The translations under genes were made by a program, and so were the position numbers. Below the pieces are notes generated by a model. It was not told the DNA's origin and did no database searches. It was given only the letters and a program-made list of their open reading frames with translations. Shown here one piece after another: positions 56,998-64,000 of a stretch of 64,000 nucleotides of DNA; position 1 is the first letter of the stretch; every line of letters begins with the position of its first letter. Origin of the DNA: an uncultured Treponema sp. (GTDB lineage: Bacteria > Spirochaetota > Spirochaetia > Treponematales > Treponemataceae); contig CAZSHF010000005.1 of assembly GCA_964606655.1 (NCBI GenBank), positions 4,888 through 68,887 on the forward strand, in the 5' to 3' direction.

Positions 56998-57692
56998 AGA
57001 TTAGATAAGTCCATCTAAAAATTAGTCAAGTCCAGAAACAGATTAGTCAAGTCCAGTTTGCGATTACAAAAGTCCAAGCCAAGCATAAAAAGAACGAATT
57101 TTTCCACCCGGAGAACATTATAAGCCTAAAGATTAGTTAAGTCCATCGTTTTTTTCGTATAAATCAGAAAAGTCCACGGATTCTGGGTTTTTAGGCTTTG
57201 AATTGCGCGGCGGAAAAGCGAAAAGTCTGAGGCGGGCGGAAATATATTTTTTTTCAGGCTCGGCTTTTTCCTCTTCTTTCTGTTTTCTGTGGTTTTTCCG
57301 TTTTTTAAAGATTACAAAAGTCCATGATTTTCAATAGATTTTCTGTGCCAGATATTATTGAAGTCCATTAAAGATTAGCAAAGTCCATTCTGGAAAAGTT
57401 TTGCAAAGCGGACAAAGATTATAAAAGTCCGCCGAAAGATTATGAAAGTCCAGCCTTGAAGTTGACAGAATCTCAGTTTGTCTTTATTTCACGAAAGATT
57501 ACAGAAGTCCATCGAAAAGCCATGAAAATCCAAAGAAATATGCGGAAATCCGTGTTTTTTCCATCTGAATCGGTTGGATTTTCTGCCAAAGAACCGAAAA
57601 AGAGAGGAAATTATTTTAAATATTTTGGTGGACAGAATTTTTAAAGATTACAAAAGTCCATCAAGAAAAAGACGAAAGATTATGAAAGTCCA
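56998..57692 (+). repeat. Iteron array / replication origin (14 copies, consensus AGATTANNNAAGTCCA)
   Basis: Copies start at 56998, 57019, 57040, 57061 (21-bp period), 57130, 57161, 57309, 57352, 57372, 57416, 57437, 57496, 57645, 57677; all in the same orientation. Confidence 0.92.
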
Positions 57693-57878
57693 CAAGATAT
57701 TCTGTCTTTCGCTTGGATTCAGTCCAGGTTTTCACATGATGCGATGCGTCGCTTTTTTTTTGCTGAATTTAAAGTTTTTTAAGGATCATTAAAAAAAGTT
57801 GACTTTGAAGAGGAATCTTTTTATACTTTATGTAATAAAATACATTACAACAAATTCGTTTTTTTTCGGAGGCGTTTT

Positions 57879-58844
57879 ATGAAAACAGAAGAGAATGTGA
57901 ATGAGCAGGAAAAAACTGTTCTTGAAAAGATAGAAAACGCGGATTCTGTTCTGGTTGGCGCGGGAGCAGGGCTTTCTTCAAGCGCGGGATTTCTTTACGA
58001 CGGCGAAAGATTCCGTAAGTATTTTTCGGATTTTTCAGAGAAATATAAATTCCGCGATATGTATTCAGGCGGATTTTACAATTATAAGACTCCTGAAGAG
58101 ATGTGGGCGTTCTGGAGCAGATATATTTTCATAAACCGTTATATGAATCCGCCGAAAAGCGTTTATTCAGACCTGCTCAATCTTGTCCGCGGAAAAGATT
58201 ATTTTGTAATCACTACAAATGTCGACCATTGTTTCCAGAAGGCAGGATTCGACAAGAAAAGGCTTTTTTACACGCAGGGAGATTACGGGCTTTGGCAATG
58301 TTCTGTTCCGTGCCATGACAAGACTTACGGCAATGAAGAGACTGTAAGGAAAATGGTCTTATCCCAAGGCTTTAGGATAGAAAAAAAACAAGACGGAGAA
58401 GAGCTTTCGCTTCCTGAAGATACAGAAAAACTGAAAATGGAAGTTCCTTCTGAACTTGTTCCGCATTGTCCTGTCTGCGGCGAGCTGATGTCGATGAATC
58501 TGAGGGCTGACGGAAGTTTTGTCGAGGACAAAGGATGGAAGCGCGCTTCGGAAAATTACAGCCTTTTTCTTGAAAGGCACAGGGATTCAAAGATTGTGTA
58601 TCTTGAGCTTGGCGTCGGGGCGAACACGCCGGGAATCATAAAATATCCGTTCTGGAATATGACCTACCAGAATTCGGATGCCACTTACATCTGCATAAAC
58701 AAAGGCGAGGCGGTTGTTCCTTTTGAAATAAAAAACAGGTCTGTCTGTGTTGACAAAAACATTTTCGAGTTTTTTAAATCGATTGGAAAAACGGCTGAGA
58801 AAGTGGTTGAGAAAGCGTCCGCGGAAAAATTGTCCGCAGATTAA
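57879..58844 (+). CDS. Macrodomain-linked sirtuin (SirTM, class M)
   Basis: GAGAGLS, TTNVDHCF, QGDYG..QC, CPVCG..NLR.D, LELGVGANTPGIIK. Confidence 0.88.
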   Translation: MKTEENVNEQEKTVLEKIENADSVLVGAGAGLSSSAGFLYDGERFRKYFSDFSEKYKFRDMYSGGFYNYKTPEEMWAFWSRYIFINRYMNPPKSVYSDLLNLVRGKDYFVITTNVDHCFQKAGFDKKRLFYTQGDYGLWQCSVPCHDKTYGNEETVRKMVLSQGFRIEKKQDGEELSLPEDTEKLKMEVPSELVPHCPVCGELMSMNLRADGSFVEDKGWKRASENYSLFLERHRDSKIVYLELGVGANTPGIIKYPFWNMTYQNSDATYICINKGEAVVPFEIKNRSVCVDKNIFEFFKSIGKTAEKVVEKASAEKLSAD

Positions 58845-58905
58845 AACTTTTTCTATACTATAAACACAATTGAGAGTTGTTTGTTTAATTTTGTCAGGAG
58901 GAATT

Positions 58906-59727
58906 ATGACACAAGACGAGCGCAGGTTCTGGCTGATTCTTTATTTGCTGAAAGAAAATGAGCAGACAGGCGAATATTTTGGGCTTGAGAAGAGCAACGG
59001 CGGCGGATTTGTGATTCCGTCCGGAGAAGAAAACCAGAGAAATCTTCTTCGTGCCTTGATGAATATCCGCGAGCCTTATGAAGCGAGCGAGGAATTCTTC
59101 AGGATTCAGGATGAATATTTAAAGGAGCGGAACCTGGAGCGCGGAATAACTGACTTGGAAAAACTTTCTCCGTTCGGCGCGGACAAACGGATTTATCTCT
59201 GGAAAGGAGACATAACCCTTTTGAACGCCGATGCAATTGTGAACGCCGCGAACAGCCAGCTTTTAGGATGCTTTTCTCCGCTTCATTCGTGCATCGACAA
59301 CTGCATCCACACTTTTTCCGGAATCCAGCTGAGGCTTGAATGCAGCAAGATTATGAAAGAGCAGGGGCATTTTGAAAAGACAGGAAAAGCGAAGATAACA
59401 GGCGCGTATAATCTTCCTTCAAAATATGTTCTTCACACAGTCGGCCCGATTGTACAGAATCTTGTCTTGCCTCAGCATAAAATTCTTCTTGCGGACTGCT
59501 ATAAAAACTGCCTTGATCTTGCGGCGGAAAACAGCATTGAATCGCTTGCGTTCTGCTGCATTTCCACAGGAGTTTTCAATTTTCCTTCAAAACTTGCCGC
59601 GGAAATCGCCGTGAAAACTGTGAAATCGTTTCTGGACAAGAACCCAAAGGCTTCGGTTAAGAAAATTGTGTTCAATGTTTTCAGCGAAAAGGATTTTGGC
59701 ATTTACAAAGGAATCTTGTCAGAATAA
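58906..59727 (+). CDS. Zn-macrodomain protein-ADP-ribose hydrolase
   Basis: LRALMNIR, GDIT..DAIVNAANSQLLGCF.P.H.CIDN.IH, HTVGP, FCCISTGVF. Confidence 0.92.
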   Translation: MTQDERRFWLILYLLKENEQTGEYFGLEKSNGGGFVIPSGEENQRNLLRALMNIREPYEASEEFFRIQDEYLKERNLERGITDLEKLSPFGADKRIYLWKGDITLLNADAIVNAANSQLLGCFSPLHSCIDNCIHTFSGIQLRLECSKIMKEQGHFEKTGKAKITGAYNLPSKYVLHTVGPIVQNLVLPQHKILLADCYKNCLDLAAENSIESLAFCCISTGVFNFPSKLAAEIAVKTVKSFLDKNPKASVKKIVFNVFSEKDFGIYKGILSE

Positions 59728-59791
59728 GTTCACGCGTCGATTTTACGGCTGTTACTTTTGAATGGATGTGTTGTTAGAAAACCAGAGGTTG

Positions 59792-60205
59792 ATGATGAAA
59801 ACGATGAAAAAAAATGTTTCTTCAGTTTGTCTGGTTTGTTCGGTATTTCTGGCTTCGCTTCTGGCGTTTTCTTTTTCTGTGTTTTTTTCGTGCAGGTCTT
59901 CAGGGCAGTTTGTGAAAATCGCGCTGAGGTCAAATCCCACGACAGGAGCGAACTGGATCTGCGCATTTGAAAATCCTGAAATCGCGGAAGTCTACGAGGA
60001 TTCTTATAAACAGGACGACGCTCCGGAAGGATTTGTCGGTGTCGGCGGAATCCAGACATTGACATTGAAGTGTCTTAAACCCGGCGAGACAGAAGTCACG
60101 CTTACTTACGGACAGCAATGGAGCGGCGGAGATATTTTTGAGACGAGAAAAGCGTTTCTTTCAGTTGACGAAAATCTTAACGGTTCTCTGAAGTTTGAGC
60201 AGTGA
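59792..60205 (+). CDS. Chagasin/I42-family protease inhibitor lipoprotein
   Basis: Lipobox FFSC; LRSNPTTG..W, VGVGG, KPGET.V..YGQQW. Confidence 0.8.
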   Translation: MMKTMKKNVSSVCLVCSVFLASLLAFSFSVFFSCRSSGQFVKIALRSNPTTGANWICAFENPEIAEVYEDSYKQDDAPEGFVGVGGIQTLTLKCLKPGETEVTLTYGQQWSGGDIFETRKAFLSVDENLNGSLKFEQ

Positions 60206-60290
60206 ACGATTTTGTCTTGCGTTGTGGATTTTTTGACTTATAATAACTCTTGGAAAATGAAGAATCAGATTCATAAATCCAGGAGTTTTT

Positions 60291-60845
60291 ATGTTTAACA
60301 CGAGAATATTCATCGCGTCTGCAAAAGAGCTTTCAGACGAAAAACTGTTCAGAAAATTTTACGGGCAGGTTCCTGAATACCGGAAGAAAAAAATCGATTC
60401 GTATTCCGATAATAAGGAAAAACGGCTTTCTCTCGCTTCCGGAATTCTTCTTTCAAAGGCTCTTCTGTACGCAGGATATGATGAATCTGATTTGGAATAC
60501 GGCTACAGAGAAAGCGGAATGCCATATTTTAAAAACGAGCCGGACTTGCATTTCAGCCTTGCAAAATCTGAGGAGCGTGCGGTCTGCGCGGTTTCGGAAA
60601 ATCCTGTCGGAGTCGATGTCGAGTTTATCCGCGAAAAGAACGAGAAAGACTACGAGGAATGGACAAAGACGGAAAGCTACGCTAAGGCGACTGACACAAG
60701 CCTTGCGGTTCTTCTTGAAGGAAAGTCCGCGTTCAACACGGAATTCCGTTTTTTCTTTCCTGACTTGAAAGACGGATACAAATACGCTGTCTGCTCGGAA
60801 GAATTTTTAAATGAAAGCCATATCGAGTTCGTGAAATTTGAATAG
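60291..60845 (+). CDS. 4'-phosphopantetheinyl transferase (Sfp-like)
   Basis: GMPYF, HFSL, PVGVDVE, WTKTESYAKA. Confidence 0.85.
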   Translation: MFNTRIFIASAKELSDEKLFRKFYGQVPEYRKKKIDSYSDNKEKRLSLASGILLSKALLYAGYDESDLEYGYRESGMPYFKNEPDLHFSLAKSEERAVCAVSENPVGVDVEFIREKNEKDYEEWTKTESYAKATDTSLAVLLEGKSAFNTEFRFFFPDLKDGYKYAVCSEEFLNESHIEFVKFE

Positions 60846-61065
60846 TGTTTTCTGATGAAAAACGTCTGCAAATTCTGCATATTGCCCTATACCAAAACCA
60901 TGAAAAATATCGTAGAAAAAAAATAAACTTTCTTTCCCCGGCAGGCACTGTTTCTTTGTTGTTATGTCTGTGAGAGAAAAATGCGGAATGCATAAAAAAT
61001 GGGTAGAGGCGTGACCGTATAGATAATTTTTTGAAATCAAGTTTTTTCATAAAACAAACCGCCTG

Positions 61066-61733
61066 CAGTATGGCGAAGGTCCTGACTACCCGGTTTATTG
61101 CGTTAACTGGTATGACGCAATCGTCTACTGCAATCTGCGCTCAATTGACGAGGGATTTTCTCCTGCATACTCAATTTCTGGTGAAACAGACCCTTCAAAA
61201 TGGGAAGATCGTGTAAGAGCTGCATCTGGAAGCACAACAAAATACCGCGGACCTTTTTATTCAAACAGCGCTTGGGATTCATAGACATTCAATAAAAATG
61301 CGGACGGCTACAGGATTCCGACACAGGCGGAGTGGGGATATATCGCGCGCGCGGAAGCGAATGGAAGAGCTTCACTTATTCAGGAAGCGATGAAATAGAC
61401 GATGTTGCCTGGTATAAAATAGGAGACAGATATTCTTCGGCGAACAAAGTGAGGCAGAAAGCTGCAAACAGTCTTGGCATTTACGACATGAGCGGAAACG
61501 TGCGGGAATGGTGCTATGACTGGGCTTCAGATTCAATCACAGCAGACACTCCTGCGGGCGGTCCTGTGTTTGGCACTAATCGCGTCTTGCGAGGCGGCGG
61601 TTTTAACTATTCGACTGATTTTTGTAAGGTTTCTGTCAGAGACAACATCGAACCGTATAAATTCGTGTGTAATGAACAAAGTACCACTAGTCGCCCGCAG
61701 TACGGCTTCCGTGTTGTGCGCAACGCGAATTAG
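61066..61733 (+). pseudogene. FGE-sulfatase/CLec-domain gene remnant
   Basis: YPVYCVNWYDAIVYCN...stop TAG 61282-61284...GYRIPTQAEW, a frameshift, then GIYDMSGNVREWCYD..GFRVVRNAN; no 5' end. Confidence 0.8.
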
Positions 61734-61869
61734 CGTTGGCTAGATTTACAAAGCGCATTTGCAGAGCTGCGGGTTTTTGTAAAAAGTGTTTCCCCTCACT
61801 TGCGGCGCTTTCATTGCGTCAGGTTATGGAGTGCCGCAGTAGTGTTCCAAAGCAAACATCGTAAATCTG

Positions 61870-61909
61870 GATATATCTTCTTGACAGATATATCTTTATG
61901 GCATATATT
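61870..61909 (+). promoter_or_regulatory. higBA promoter with twin GATATATC palindromes
   Basis: TTGACA(61881)-17-TATATT(61904); GATATATC at 61870 and 61887 flank the -35 box. Confidence 0.75.
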
Positions 61910-61915
61910 TTGGCT

Positions 61916-62197
61916 ATGATAAAATCATTTTCCGTTTCTGAGACTGAAAAAATCTGGAATGGTAAAAAGTCAGCAAAAATACCGCCTGTCATACATAAAA
62001 GGGCATTTGCTAAACTTCTTATCATCAATTCTGAGGAAAGCGAAGATGATTTAAAAATTCCGCCAGGCAACAAGTTTGAGCGTCTGCTTGGAAATTTAAA
62101 AGATTATTGCTCAATACGGATAAATGACCAGTGGCGGATTCAGTTTAAGTTTCAAAACAATGAAGCCTATGAAGTTCAAATTGTAGATTATCATTGA
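61916..62197 (+). CDS. higB: HigB/RelE-family toxin
   Basis: MIKSF..TEKIW, DLKIPPGNKFERL.G, SIRINDQWRI.F, IVDYH. Confidence 0.92.
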   Translation: MIKSFSVSETEKIWNGKKSAKIPPVIHKRAFAKLLIINSEESEDDLKIPPGNKFERLLGNLKDYCSIRINDQWRIQFKFQNNEAYEVQIVDYH

Positions 62198-62217
62198 TTT
62201 TTTAAGGAGGCTTATTT

Positions 62218-62523
62218 ATGGACAAAATTTTTGAATTGCCAACAGTCGGCGAAATTTTAACGCAAGAATTTCTTGAACCGCTGAACATAACTCCTTATCG
62301 TTTGGCAAAAGATTTGGGCGTTTCAACAAGTACGATTTTGGATTTGGTTCACGGAAAAAGAAAAATTACTGTGGAAATGTCTTTACGACTTTCAAAATAT
62401 TTTGGTACAACATCAAAATTTTGGCTTAATATGCAAAATGAACTTGATCTGCGAACTGCACAACAAAAAATGAAATCTAGTTTGGAAAAAATACCAGTTT
62501 GCAATTATATTGTATCTGCATGA
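62218..62523 (+). CDS. higA: HigA antitoxin
   Basis: GEILTQEFLEPL.IT.YRLAK, KRKITVEMSLRLSKYFGT..FWLNMQ. Confidence 0.93.
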   Translation: MDKIFELPTVGEILTQEFLEPLNITPYRLAKDLGVSTSTILDLVHGKRKITVEMSLRLSKYFGTTSKFWLNMQNELDLRTAQQKMKSSLEKIPVCNYIVSA

Positions 62524-62608
62524 TATTCTTTTTTGAATGTTGCTGAATCTTGTTTTCTACTGCCTTAAGAGAATAAATAGACATTGATAAAAAATAAAGT
62601 TTAATCCG

Positions 62609-62800
62609 ATGTTTCCTTGCTTAGAGAAGTGGCCAGTGCTTTCAGTTTCGGAGAAGCAAAAAACAGGATTTAGTTCTGAAGAAGATGTTGTGGCGTATAT
62701 CAAGGAAATTCGCAAAGAAAGATGAGGATTATTGATTCTTGCAGATGCCAATATTGTAATTTCCGCGATTTTTATGCCAGGTAGGATTTTTCAGAATTCG
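62609..62800 (+). pseudogene. Decayed antitoxin/PIN TA remnant
   Basis: GFSSEEDVVAYIKEIRKER* with ATGA overlap into frameshifted MRI..ILADANIVISAIF (PIN N-terminus). Confidence 0.5.
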
Positions 62801-62827
62801 TTGCCTGGCATAAATTTAGTTTCATCT

Positions 62828-64000
62828 TTATCCAGCAAAAGTGTAGCCGGCATCTGTAATTGCTTTTTCAAATGCGGAATTTGGAACATCTTTTGTAAGT
62901 TTTACAACTGCTTCTTTTTTGTTGTGGTCGGCAGTTGCGCTTTCAACTCCGTCGATTTTTTCCAATGCTTCGCGAACGTGTCGTTCACAGTTCGGACACA
63001 TCATTCCTTCAACTTTTAATGTTTTTTCTGTAGCCATTTTTTCGGCCTCCTTGTTTGTATTTTTTTTGGTCGTTTCGAGAGCCTCAACGACCGAAGTGTT
63101 TTCGTTGGTGGTTGAGTTTATCGAAATCACCTTATTACTATTTCTTGCGGTAATTTCGACAGGCTCAATCATCGCAGGTTTACATTTTCTATCGTGTTTT
63201 GCGCTTTTTATGTTTGCAAGATTTAATCGCAACGCATTTGTTACAACGCAAAAACTAGAAAGGCTCATTGCTGCCGCTCCAAACATTGGATTCATTTTTA
63301 AGCCAATCCAATGATAGTAAACGCCGGCTGCAATCGGAATTAAGATTATGTTGTAAAAGAACGCCCAGAAAAGATTTTCGTGAATGTTTGTAATTGTTCT
63401 TCGGCTTAAGCGGATTGCGCGAACTGCGTCAAGCAAACTGCTTTTTACTAAAACAACGTCCGCTGCGTCAAGCGCAACATCTGTGCCGGCTCCAATTGCC
63501 ATTCCAACATCGGCAGAGGTTAGGGCAGGAGCGTCGTTTATTCCGTCGCCAATCATGCAGACTTTTCCGCTCTTTTTTAGTTCGTTTACAACTTTTGCTT
63601 TTCCGTCTGGAAGAACGCCAGCAATTACTTTGCTAACTCCAGCCTTTTTGCCAACTGCGTTCGCTGTTTTTTCGTTATCGCCAGTTAAAAGAACCGTATA
63701 GATTCCCATGTTTTTAAGTTCTTTAATCGCCTCTGCGCTGTCTTCTTTTATAACGTCGGAAACAGCAATAATTCCAAGAAGTTTGCCGGCGGTGGTTTCG
63801 ACAGGCTCAACCACCGCATTGTTTGTTTCTGCAAAGAAAAGCGGCGTTTTCCCTTCTTCAGAAAGTTTTTCGGCTTTTTCTTTTATTTCTTCGCTAATTT
63901 TGTCTGCACCTAAAACGCTTTCAATGTATTTTAAGTTTCCGCCGTAAAGTTTCGTGGTTACTTCGCTATCGCTCGTGCGCAAGCGGGCGAGAGTCTCAAC
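62828..64000 (-). CDS. copA: Copper-translocating P1B ATPase with C-terminal HMA domain (3' part; start outside window)
   Basis: LTGDN, GDGINDAPAL, NLFWAFFYN, AAAMSLSS, NALRL; C-terminal GMMCPNC. Confidence 0.92.
   Translation of the reverse strand, partial: VETLARLRTSDSEVTTKLYGGNLKYIESVLGADKISEEIKEKAEKLSEEGKTPLFFAETNNAVVEPVETTAGKLLGIIAVSDVIKEDSAEAIKELKNMGIYTVLLTGDNEKTANAVGKKAGVSKVIAGVLPDGKAKVVNELKKSGKVCMIGDGINDAPALTSADVGMAIGAGTDVALDAADVVLVKSSLLDAVRAIRLSRRTITNIHENLFWAFFYNIILIPIAAGVYYHWIGLKMNPMFGAAAMSLSSFCVVTNALRLNLANIKSAKHDRKCKPAMIEPVEITARNSNKVISINSTTNENTSVVEALETTKKNTNKEAEKMATEKTLKVEGMMCPNCERHVREALEKIDGVESATADHNKKEAVVKLTKDVPNSAFEKAITDAGYTFAG
63068..63175. repeat. Three REP palindromes in alternating orientation inside copA
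   Basis: Units at 63068-63092, 63107-63131, 63147-63175. Confidence 0.8.
63789..63817. repeat. REP palindrome inside copA
   Basis: GCGGTGGTTTCGACAGGCTCAACCACCGC encodes AVVEPVETTA. Confidence 0.85.

Noticed and set aside
56998-57692. Repeat array as a CRISPR
   Set aside because: Repeats are 16 bp with 4-5 bp or irregular gaps, there are no unique ~30-bp spacers or cas genes, and they sit next to a Rep gene, so they are iterons

Overview
This 64-kb window most likely comes from a gut or rumen Treponema-like spirochaete (spirochaetal lipoproteins, FGE/FN3 surface proteins, an MCP, a PyrK-PyrD fusion); the taxon is inferred, not searched. The strongest signal is a complete plasmid-type replicon core at about 54.5-57.7 kb: an AT-rich tract, parA, a small partner gene, a Rep_3-like initiator and 14 same-orientation 16-bp iterons (AGATTANNNAAGTCCA). 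Gene orientation and apparent base skew flip across it, and the same molecule carries tRNA-Ala(CGC), pyrKD and nrdI, which suggests the origin of a secondary chromosome (chromid). Other highlights: (1) a four-gene extracellular DNA/nucleotide-scavenging locus with a G9 tract in the nuclease gene; (2) a Sau3AI-like R-M pair inside an iron-siderophore ABC operon, with a GATC in the MTase -35 box; (3) a ~240-bp rod-hairpin mobile repeat (4 copies plus 1 mini copy) with covarying arms; (4) REP palindromes in-frame in copA; (5) an ACGX radical-SAM RiPP pair; (6) a SirTM/Zn-macrodomain pair; (7) an FN3 lipoprotein cluster with a promoter-leader-terminator element; (8) several intact and decayed TA modules. 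All calls come from motif recognition by eye; no searches were run.
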